Source: Pirellulaceae bacterium (GTDB lineage: Bacteria > Planctomycetota > Planctomycetia > Pirellulales > Pirellulaceae). From it: DNA of 52,405 nucleotides. The position numbers were made by a program, and so were the translations under genes. The stretch is taken from NCBI GenBank assembly GCA_041748895.1, contig JBGTCJ010000551.1:1-52405 (forward strand), read 5' to 3'. Shown piece by piece: positions 44,862 to 52,405 of the stretch (position 1 is the stretch's first letter; each line of letters starts with the position of its first letter). The notes below the pieces were generated by a model, which worked only from the letters and a program-made list of their open reading frames with translations, ran no database searches and was not told the DNA's origin.

Positions 44862-46634
44862 GTGGATCTTCGATTTTTATTGCACTCCGGTCCCGTGTTT
44901 GGTTTGACCCTCTGGGTTGCCGGAATTGCTTGCGGTCAAACGCTCCCTTCCTCTCGAACGGGACACACGAACCCGCCCTCATCGATCATCGCACCCAGGG
45001 GCGAGCAGGCCGCTCGTGCCCGCTGGCAACCGGTGCGAGCCGCGGGCAGTGATGCTCAGCAGGGCGTGCAGCAGGCCGCATACAGCGGTCCGGAAAGTCC
45101 GATTCGCCGTGTTCAGTCGGGGGCCGAGCTACCTCGGCCCGTAACGCAACCCAAAGCGCTCCGGCCTGCGGAGCTTGATGCGGCTCAGCGGAGCGATGCC
45201 CGCGTTGACCTGGGTGCCGGGGGCTACGAGGTCCCGATGCCTGGAGGGCGTGGTTCGAGCGGACAATCGGTGATGCGACGCGGCGGCACACCGTCCGCCC
45301 CCGAAGTTCTTTATGGCCCGTCCGACGCGATCGATTACGACGCATTGGATGGTCAGATCATTTACGAGAATGTTCCGCATGGCGTCGGGTTTGGCTCGGC
45401 CACCGCATGCGATTCGATGGGCTGCTGTGGCTCGATCGAAGGTTGCGGCGGGGGCTGCGATGGGGGCTGCGATTCGATCACGTGCTGTGCGGGAGCCGGT
45501 GGGGCTTGTGAGGATGCTTACTGGCGTCCCTGTCTGACACTCTGTTTTCCTCGCAGCGGATGGTTTTCGGCCGACTACTTGGGATGGTCACCACGGGGCA
45601 TGCGATTGCCGCCCCTTGTCACCCGCAGCCAAGGCAATGTTGCCCGCAACCAGACCGGTGTGCTCGGATTGACCACGACCGACATCCTTTTCGGCAACGA
45701 GAACGTCGTGGATGACTGGATGGACGGCGGCCGATTACAGTTCGGTTTCTGGCTCGACCGCTGTCAGACCTGGGGTGTTGGGGCCGAGTACTTTGGTTTT
45801 GGCGAGCAAACGGAATCTTTCTCGGCTAGCACGACCGACCACGCACGGCTGGCACGCCCGTTTTTCAACGTGCTGACGGGCGCCGAAGACGCAGAATTGG
45901 TTTCCTTCCCCGGCGTTTTGACCGGCCGAGTCGGCGTCGATGTGACCAGTGAATTGGTGGGGGCCGGCTTCCACTTTCGTCGCCAAACCAATTGCAATAC
46001 CGGGTGTGGTGGCGGGCTGTTCTGCGGCTGCGGCACATTCCACAGTCGCACGGACATGTTGTTTGGATATCGCTATCTCCAACTGGACGAGTCCGTCTCC
46101 GTGCGAGAAGACCTGACGGGACTTCCGCCCGATGCCGGTCGGTTCGAAATCGCCGATCGGTTCGGCACGAGAAATCAGTTCAACGGTGTAGATCTAGGTA
46201 TTCTTTTCAACCGTCGTCAGGGCCTCTGGTCGATCGATCTGCTAGCGAAGTTGGCGATCGGAAACACGCGACAAACGGTTGATATTCAGGGCAACACGTT
46301 GATTGACGGCGTGGGGACCGCGAACAACGGCGGGTTGCTGGCCCAACAAAGCAACATGGGGCAATACCGCCGCGATCAATTCACGATCCTGCCTGAGCTC
46401 GGCGCGACGATCGGCTACCAGTGGACGCAACATCTTCGCCTCAAGGCAGGCTACACGATGATCTTCTGGTCGAACGTGGTTCGCCCTGGCGATCAGATCG
46501 ATCTCGACATCAACCCCAATTTCCTCCCACCCCCGGCCGTTCCCTTTGGCGGAGCCAGCCGCCCGGCGTTTAAGTTTGTTGACACCGACTACTACGTCCA
46601 CGGGCTGAACCTGGGTGCGGAGTACAACTGGTAA
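44862..46634 (+). CDS. BBP7-like (DUF1551) outer-membrane beta-barrel protein with a Cys/Gly-rich N-terminal segment
   Basis: GTG start with a signal peptide (VFGLTLWVAGIACGQT). A Cys/Gly cluster lies at 45399-45535. The C-terminal ~350 aa show alternating beta-strand-like patterning and end in ...LNLGAEYNW, an aromatic terminal residue. Confidence 0.6.
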   Translation: MDLRFLLHSGPVFGLTLWVAGIACGQTLPSSRTGHTNPPSSIIAPRGEQAARARWQPVRAAGSDAQQGVQQAAYSGPESPIRRVQSGAELPRPVTQPKALRPAELDAAQRSDARVDLGAGGYEVPMPGGRGSSGQSVMRRGGTPSAPEVLYGPSDAIDYDALDGQIIYENVPHGVGFGSATACDSMGCCGSIEGCGGGCDGGCDSITCCAGAGGACEDAYWRPCLTLCFPRSGWFSADYLGWSPRGMRLPPLVTRSQGNVARNQTGVLGLTTTDILFGNENVVDDWMDGGRLQFGFWLDRCQTWGVGAEYFGFGEQTESFSASTTDHARLARPFFNVLTGAEDAELVSFPGVLTGRVGVDVTSELVGAGFHFRRQTNCNTGCGGGLFCGCGTFHSRTDMLFGYRYLQLDESVSVREDLTGLPPDAGRFEIADRFGTRNQFNGVDLGILFNRRQGLWSIDLLAKLAIGNTRQTVDIQGNTLIDGVGTANNGGLLAQQSNMGQYRRDQFTILPELGATIGYQWTQHLRLKAGYTMIFWSNVVRPGDQIDLDINPNFLPPPAVPFGGASRPAFKFVDTDYYVHGLNLGAEYNW

Positions 46635-46789
46635 GCATGCTGCGACCGGTGCCCCCAAATTACCCATTTCTGCTGCTGTCGCCCGGTTCGATTTGTGTGC
46701 ACGGTGCCAGCGAACCGATAGTCAACGAGTGTGCAGCCGATCGGCAGCGATCGCGAATCGGCTTCTGAAAACGCCAAGGATTCACCACG

Positions 46790-49700
46790 ATGCTGAAGAA
46801 CCTTCTTCGACGACTTCGCAAGAACAAAAGCCGTTCCACTCGCCGCAGGCCTTCGCATCGTCGCCCCCGGATCGAGGGGTTAGCCAAACGCGAGCTGTTG
46901 GCCTCGGACATCGGCGCGATTGTCGGAACGGCACACATCGATCTGGCCGGTGACGGCTTGACGGCGGACGATATCCTTCTGGCCGGGGTGGAAGTTCGCT
47001 TGTTCCGCGACGGTGGTGACGGCGTCTTCGGCGGTGACGATACCCTTGTGGCGACAACCACGACCGGTGCGCTGGCGGGGCCGGCGCCCGGTCAGTTCCG
47101 TTTCGACGGACTGAGCCCCGGCCTGTATTTCATTGAGCAGGACAACTCGACCGCGCCGGCGGGATTGATTTATCCCGCGGCGGTGCCGGTGACGGTCGTC
47201 AACGATGGCGGCGTTCGTATCGAGCTGATTGATGACTACTCGACCGCCGACCAACTGATTCTGGCCGATTCTTTGACCCCGACGATCAGCGCTTCGGATC
47301 CGGCCGCGTCCGCAATCGGCGGTGCTCGCGACATTCAAGCCGAATTCGCTGCCGGGGTCAGCGGCATTGAGGTGCGTGTCGTCACCTCCCTCGAACTGCT
47401 CGGATTGTCAGCCGGGATCGGCACGAGTGGAACGGCGTTGATTCAATACGATGGCGCCGACGGAACGATCGCGCTGGATGCTACCGGACTAGGTGGCGTT
47501 TCGTTGGGCGGCGGCTTGCCCGGGGAAATGGTCGATCCCGGCGCAGCATTTGTATTGGCGATGTCTGGGGAAGCCGGCGCGGACATTACGATTCGCGTCT
47601 ACAGCGACGCGACCAATTTCTCAACCGTGACGATTCCGTCGGTCTCAAGTGTTGAGATCGTGGAAATGCTGATCCCGTTCACGATGTTCACCACCGGTGG
47701 CGGCGCCGGCGCCGATTTTAACAATGTCGGCGCGATCGAGGCATTCGTCGAATTGGCGGCCAACGTGGACGTCTTTGTCAGCATTGTCGAGACAATTCAG
47801 CCTGATCTCGTGGTCGCGAACCTGACGCAGTTCGAGCCGCTGACGATCGGCAATCAGGTTTTCCGCGACCTCAATGACAACGGCATCCTCGACGGCGGCG
47901 AGGTGGGGATTGCGGACGTGGCCATCGAACTTTATCGGCTTGAGGCGCTCACCGATGTCGTCGACCCACTGACGCAAACGCCGATCGCCACCACGACGAC
48001 CGATGCAAACGGCATTTATTCGTTCGCCGATCTAGAGCCCGGCTTTTACGCAGCTGTCGTACCCGCCAGCCAGTTCGATGTCGCTGGCCCACTCAGCGGA
48101 TTCCGCACAAGCCTACCCACGCCTGAAACGGCCGGGGCCAATGCCAATGTCGATAACGACGACGATGGTCGCGCGGTCGATGGACAGGCGTTTGTCATCA
48201 CCGAAACTTTCCAGTTGATTTCCCGCAGTGAACCCGGGGCAGACGGAAACACCAACGACACGATCGACTTTGGTTTCTTTCTCGTGCCGGTCACCGACTT
48301 GAGTATCGTCAAAACGGCCGAGACCACGACGGGAACCCCCATTTCGCAAACGCCGCCAGCGGTCATTCGCACCGGCGATACCATCGTCTATCGACTCATC
48401 GGCACCAATAGCGGTCCGGCCGATGCAACGGGTGTCACGATCGTCGATACCCTCCCCAGCGATGTCACATTTGTCGGTGCGACACTGGATGGCGTCGCGG
48501 TCGCGGGCGGTAGTTTCAACTCAGCAACTGGCGAGTTGACCGTCGAGGTGGGTGACCTTGCCGTTGACGAACAAGCGGTCGTGTTGATCACGGTGACGGT
48601 CAATCGCGATGCGGCGGATTTGATCACCAACCCCGCGCTGATATTCAACACGCCCAATACCGATGGCAACCCAGACAATAACGACAGCAGTGTCAACACG
48701 CCGATCACCCGCGCGGTCGACCTTGCCGTCCTGAAGGCGGTTTCGACGCTTCAGACCGACAACACGGCGGCAGTCTTCGGCGCCCCGATCACCTTCGAGA
48801 TCACGGTAACCAACACCGCCGGTAGTCCCGGCGATGCCCGCGGATTCACGGTGACCGACACCTTGCCCGCGGGCTTGACCTTGGTCGCCGATAGCTTCGA
48901 TGCGATGGGAACCGGCGTGACGATCGCGAGCGTCGGGCAGGAACTCACCTTCACGGGTGTTCCACTCGCAGTCGGTGAAAGCGTTTCGTTCAAGTTTGAT
49001 GCCCTCATCGCTCAAGACGCGGCGACTCAGCTCACCAATACCGCGGTGGTGCTCCCGATCAATGCCGGCGGTATTGTCGATGTCGACATCAATGACGCCA
49101 ACGATCAGGATGCCGAGACGATCACCCCCGAACGCCGCATCGAATTGGTGGTGACCAAGGACGACAACTTCACAGCCGGTCAATCGGCGACGCCTGGTGG
49201 TAACATCGTTTACACGATCGTTGTACAGAACGACGGTCCGAGCCACGCCGTCAACGTCAATGTGCTCGACACACTTCCCGCCGGCGTCACCGCAACCTCG
49301 ATCACTTTGGATGGTGAGAACGTCACCGACAACAATCCTGATGCAGGCCTGCTCGGGTTTGTAATCCCCGTGGTCGGTGTCGGCGCAGCCAACGCGGTGT
49401 CAGTGCAAGTCACCGCACTGATCGGGGCGACCGTCACCGCAACGAGCATCACGAACCGTGTTGAAGTAAGCGGTGGCGGTGTTGGTGACCTGCCGGCGGG
49501 TAATATCGCCGAAGTCACCACGCCTCTGACGCGCGTGGTCGATGTCGCGATCGTCAAGACGGGGCCAACCGCAGCCGTCGTACCCGGTGCCGCGCCGATC
49601 ACTTACAACCTTGCGATTTCCAACAGCGGGCCGAGTGTCGCAACCAACGTCAACGTTGCGGACACGTTGCCCCCCGGCGTCACGTTGCAGTCGATCACTC

Positions 49701-50689
49701 TCAACGGAGCACCCGTCACCAACACGGGCACCAACGGCAATGTCGCCTTTGTGATCCCCACACTCGGCGTGGGTGCCGCCAACGCTCAGAACTACGTGAT
49801 CACGGTGAATGTGAACCCGGATGTGACCACAAGCCTCGTCAACACCGCAACCGTCACGGCGGCAGGAGACACCAACCCCGCGAACGATAGCAGTCAGATC
49901 ACGACGGCCGTTACGCCCACGGCGGATATCACAGTCACCAAAACCGTCAACTCCGCCGCGGCTAGCCCCGGGCAGCAACTGACTTACACGATCGTGGTCA
50001 GCAATGCCGGACCCTCGACGGCTGCGGGCGTGACGGCGATCGATGTGTTGCCCGCCGGCTTGACGTTTGTCAGTGGTACCGCGCCCGGTGGGGGAGCCCT
50101 CACGGCGACAGGCCAAACGGTCAACGTCCCGATCGGCTCGCTCGCTCCCGCCGGAACAAGTCAGTTCACGATCATCGCGGCCATCGCCAATGATTTCACC
50201 GGCACCCTCTCCAATTCGGTCACGGTCTCGACAACCACGAGCGAGGGCGGCAACGCGCTTCCCAATACCGCAGCGGTGCAAACCGTCGTGACGATTCCCG
50301 ACCCCAACGACGCGAGCATTTCCGGTCGCGTGTTCCTCGATCGGAACAACAACGGTCTGTTTGACCCAGAAGATTCGGGGATCGGTGGCGTGACCATGCG
50401 ACTGCTTCAACCGGGTACCGGCGCGGTGCTCGCGACGGCCACCACGGCGAGCGACGGGACCTACACCTTTGCAGGTCTCGCCGCGGGGACCTACGACCTG
50501 CAGCAGATCCAACCCACAGGCGTCCGCGATGGATTGGAACGCCCCGGCACCGGACAAACACCGGTTGAGATTCCCGACGGGATCGTTCGCGGCATCGTTC
50601 TGGCCCGCTCGCAGAATGCGACAGGATTCGACTTCGCCGAACTGGAATTGCTCTCGAAGCGTCGCTTCCTTGCCTCGACCAGTGGGTGA
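46790..50689 (+). CDS. Giant surface/secreted protein: 3 SdrD-B/Cna-B-like domains + 5 DUF11 repeats + an unassigned ~200-aa domain
   Basis: 1299 aa with an Arg-rich N-terminus. SdrD-B-like units are GNQVFRDLNDNGILDGGEVGIADVAIELY...DANGIYSFADLEPGFY and ISGRVFLDRNNNGLFDPEDSGIGGVTMRLL...DGTYTFAGLAAGTY. The five DUF11-type repeats (48290-50290) each carry ..Y.I.V.N.GPS.A..V.V.DTLP.G(V/L)T. Confidence 0.85.
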   Translation: MLKNLLRRLRKNKSRSTRRRPSHRRPRIEGLAKRELLASDIGAIVGTAHIDLAGDGLTADDILLAGVEVRLFRDGGDGVFGGDDTLVATTTTGALAGPAPGQFRFDGLSPGLYFIEQDNSTAPAGLIYPAAVPVTVVNDGGVRIELIDDYSTADQLILADSLTPTISASDPAASAIGGARDIQAEFAAGVSGIEVRVVTSLELLGLSAGIGTSGTALIQYDGADGTIALDATGLGGVSLGGGLPGEMVDPGAAFVLAMSGEAGADITIRVYSDATNFSTVTIPSVSSVEIVEMLIPFTMFTTGGGAGADFNNVGAIEAFVELAANVDVFVSIVETIQPDLVVANLTQFEPLTIGNQVFRDLNDNGILDGGEVGIADVAIELYRLEALTDVVDPLTQTPIATTTTDANGIYSFADLEPGFYAAVVPASQFDVAGPLSGFRTSLPTPETAGANANVDNDDDGRAVDGQAFVITETFQLISRSEPGADGNTNDTIDFGFFLVPVTDLSIVKTAETTTGTPISQTPPAVIRTGDTIVYRLIGTNSGPADATGVTIVDTLPSDVTFVGATLDGVAVAGGSFNSATGELTVEVGDLAVDEQAVVLITVTVNRDAADLITNPALIFNTPNTDGNPDNNDSSVNTPITRAVDLAVLKAVSTLQTDNTAAVFGAPITFEITVTNTAGSPGDARGFTVTDTLPAGLTLVADSFDAMGTGVTIASVGQELTFTGVPLAVGESVSFKFDALIAQDAATQLTNTAVVLPINAGGIVDVDINDANDQDAETITPERRIELVVTKDDNFTAGQSATPGGNIVYTIVVQNDGPSHAVNVNVLDTLPAGVTATSITLDGENVTDNNPDAGLLGFVIPVVGVGAANAVSVQVTALIGATVTATSITNRVEVSGGGVGDLPAGNIAEVTTPLTRVVDVAIVKTGPTAAVVPGAAPITYNLAISNSGPSVATNVNVADTLPPGVTLQSITLNGAPVTNTGTNGNVAFVIPTLGVGAANAQNYVITVNVNPDVTTSLVNTATVTAAGDTNPANDSSQITTAVTPTADITVTKTVNSAAASPGQQLTYTIVVSNAGPSTAAGVTAIDVLPAGLTFVSGTAPGGGALTATGQTVNVPIGSLAPAGTSQFTIIAAIANDFTGTLSNSVTVSTTTSEGGNALPNTAAVQTVVTIPDPNDASISGRVFLDRNNNGLFDPEDSGIGGVTMRLLQPGTGAVLATATTASDGTYTFAGLAAGTYDLQQIQPTGVRDGLERPGTGQTPVEIPDGIVRGIVLARSQNATGFDFAELELLSKRRFLASTSG

Positions 50690-50799
50690 CGCGGGGCCGC
50701 GATCGCGAACGCTTGACGGAATGCTTGATCGAACGTTTGGAGCGACTTCATCGGGAGCCGGTGATGTCTGAAAGGGGTCACTCCAAACACGATCACTGC

Positions 50800-50836
50800 A
50801 AAACGCTCGGCCGCTGGGGGGTGGCCAAGCGTTTTA
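50800..50836. terminator. Bidirectional Rho-independent terminator between the giant gene and the aldo/keto reductase
   Basis: AAAACGCT-C-GGCC-(10 nt)-GGCC-A-AGCGTTTT has an 8+4 bp stem flanked by an A-tract 5' and a T-tract 3'. It therefore reads as hairpin + U-run on both strands. Confidence 0.65.
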
Positions 50837-50935
50837 TGAACTGAGTCGGCGGCTTGGTACGGGCCGACCGGCAAATGCCTAAACCATAATGCCTCAACGA
50901 CTAGGTGCGGCCGTGGCTGGCGGTGACGTCATCGA

Positions 50936-51943
50936 CTAACGGAACCTCGCCTTTTGCCCGCCGTCCCACATGTCGGGGTTCGCGCCGAGCGTCTCGCTGA
51001 GCGACTGCGTGACCTGATTCAACCGCTCGACCACTTCCTGCTCCAGTGGGTTCGCGAGTGTCTCAAGGTTCTGGGTCAGCTGTTCCGGCGAGCTGGCGCC
51101 GACGATCGCACAGTCCACTCCAGGCTGGCCAGCGACCCAGGCCAACGCAACATCGGCCATTGTGCGATGGAGCTGGCTGCAAATCTCACGAATGGCATCG
51201 ATCGCCGCGAATGTCTCCGATTCGCAACCAGGCTCCCCATGCCTTGCCAGCGGCCGCTGCGTGGTGAAGTGTCGCGAGCGAGCTCGACCGTCGGGAACCT
51301 CAGACGCCGAGCGGTATTTGTCCGCCAGCAAACCATGCATCAACGGACTGTAGACCAGCACGCCGATGCCCTGCTCGCGGCAGGCGGGCAAGATCTCGTG
51401 CTCGATGGCTCGCCAAAGCAGGTTGTAGGGAAGTTGATTGGTGACCGGTTTGCCGATCGAGGCGACGCTTTGGATATCGTGGATGCCGAGATTGCAACAA
51501 CCCGCGTGGCGAATCTTGCCTTGTTCCTGCAGCCTGAGCAGCGCGCCCCAACTCTCCTCCAGCGGTGTATCGGGGCTGGTCCAGTGCGTTTGGTAAAGGT
51601 CGAGATAATCGGTCTGCAAACGCCGCAACGATTCCTCACAATTCTCGATCACCTGCTCGGGCCGCATTCGATCGGCGCGCACTTTAGAAGCGAGAACAAC
51701 TTTGTCACGGCGCCCGGCGAATAACTTGCCCAGCAATGTCTCGCTCGCCCCATCGCCATATGCTGCGGCAGTGTCGAAGAACTGGACACCTGCGTCGATC
51801 GCGGCCTCGATCGTGGCAATCGCCAAGTTCTCGTCGCGCTCACCCCAGTGAAAATCGCTCGTGATTCCCCAGCATCCGAAACAGAGCTGCGAGACGGTGA
51901 GGTCGGTACCAGGTAGTTGCAGTGTTTTCATGGCAGGTAACAT
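50936..51943 (-). CDS. Aldo/keto reductase family oxidoreductase
   Basis: 335 aa. Family blocks are LQLPGTDLTVSQLCFGCWG, FFDTAAAYGDGASE, LASKV (catalytic Lys region), YQTHW and the C-terminal NPLEQE. Confidence 0.9.
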   Translation of the reverse strand: MLPAMKTLQLPGTDLTVSQLCFGCWGITSDFHWGERDENLAIATIEAAIDAGVQFFDTAAAYGDGASETLLGKLFAGRRDKVVLASKVRADRMRPEQVIENCEESLRRLQTDYLDLYQTHWTSPDTPLEESWGALLRLQEQGKIRHAGCCNLGIHDIQSVASIGKPVTNQLPYNLLWRAIEHEILPACREQGIGVLVYSPLMHGLLADKYRSASEVPDGRARSRHFTTQRPLARHGEPGCESETFAAIDAIREICSQLHRTMADVALAWVAGQPGVDCAIVGASSPEQLTQNLETLANPLEQEVVERLNQVTQSLSETLGANPDMWDGGQKARFR

Positions 51944-51981
51944 ACCGGTTTTCGCCCGGCGAGTTGCGCGGCGCCCAGTGG

Positions 51982-52405
51982 TTACCTTTTATCGAAAATC
52001 GCACCGGTTGGTGCTCGACTTACATCCGTGATAAGCGCCCGCGCCTCTTTGATTAGTAGCTCCAGAGTCAACTTTCGATTCCAAGCCAAGCTGGAGGGGT
52101 CGTCGAGCTCGCTGTTCACCAGCGTCAATGCCCGCCCGAGCGTTTCGTGAGTGGCGGCTGGCTGTTGGGCGGCGGACTGCGCCAGCGCTAGGAAAAGCAG
52201 TGGGTACGCTTGAGACATCAACTCCTGTCCTTCAAGTTCGTCCCAACGCGCTTCGAGCGCTTTGAGCTGATCCAGCGCCTCGGACACGCGGCCCGCGCGC
52301 AATAACATCGGCCCCAGGTTCGACTGCAATTGGGCGGAGTTCGGCGCCTCGGCGGCCAGTGACTCGATCCGCGCGAGGAGCGGCTCGGGCTCGTCGAAGC
52401 CGTCC
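51982..52405 (-). CDS. TPR-like helical repeat protein, C-terminal fragment (5' end outside window)
   Basis: The frame stays open to the window edge (DGFDEPEPLLARIESLAAEAPNSAQLQSNLGPMLLRAGRVSEALDQLKALEARW...). The Ala/Leu-rich helical pattern is TPR-like. I recognise no specific family. Confidence 0.45.
   Translation of the reverse strand, partial: DGFDEPEPLLARIESLAAEAPNSAQLQSNLGPMLLRAGRVSEALDQLKALEARWDELEGQELMSQAYPLLFLALAQSAAQQPAATHETLGRALTLVNSELDDPSSLAWNRKLTLELLIKEARALITDVSRAPTGAIFDKR

Noticed and set aside
1-52405. Search for tRNA/rRNA genes, transposases, integrases, phage genes, toxin-antitoxin pairs or known defence-system genes.
   Set aside because: I found no T-loop/anticodon-arm-like cloverleaf candidates and no rRNA-like stretches. 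No ORF has DDE, tyrosine- or serine-recombinase, restriction/methylase, Cas, or nuclease/helicase defence signatures. The window looks like core or accessory chromosome, not a mobile island.

Overview
GC-rich bacterial chromosomal segment with a gene content typical of Planctomycetota, probably Pirellulales. This placement is inferred from family content, because no database search was possible. The hallmark families are three type I sulfatases, two tandem DUF1559/H-X9-DG prepilin-like genes plus a third pilin-less DUF1559-type domain, a PSCyt/DUF1549/DUF1553 + DUF1501 pair, a BBP7-like outer-membrane barrel, and a 1299-aa DUF11/SdrD-B surface protein. I call about 34 protein-coding genes. Housekeeping genes (tex, hisG, hisE, a tricorn-like protease, an M20D amidohydrolase, an aldo/keto reductase) are interspersed with accessory, exported enzymes. 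I recognised no rRNA, tRNA, CRISPR array, transposase or integrase. The best-supported non-coding element is a fluoride (crcB-motif) riboswitch on the minus strand, directly upstream of a CLC-F type F-/H+ antiporter. Other non-coding structure: a 580-bp mosaic tandem-repeat array right after tex, matched promoter/leader/terminator modules around the two DUF1559 paralogs, and several intrinsic-terminator hairpins. The candidates most worth a second look as possibly uncharacterised systems are: (1) a translationally coupled FHA-GAF-PP2C phosphatase / prenyltransferase-like alpha-barrel / permease-less ABC ATPase operon (40926-44382, minus strand); (2) an exported three-gene operon pairing one catalytic amidohydrolase module with two degenerate ones plus an FAD oxidoreductase (10432-16987); (3) an ECF sigma/anti-sigma cluster with two unknown secreted proteins, one carrying a leaderless DUF1559-type domain (3928-8357); (4) the BBP7-like barrel next to the giant adhesin-like protein (44862-50689); (5) a DUF1559 paralog interrupted by a single in-frame TGA where its neighbour has TGG. 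All family assignments rest on motifs read from the translations and on recalled family signatures. None is verified by search, and novelty cannot be established from this window alone.
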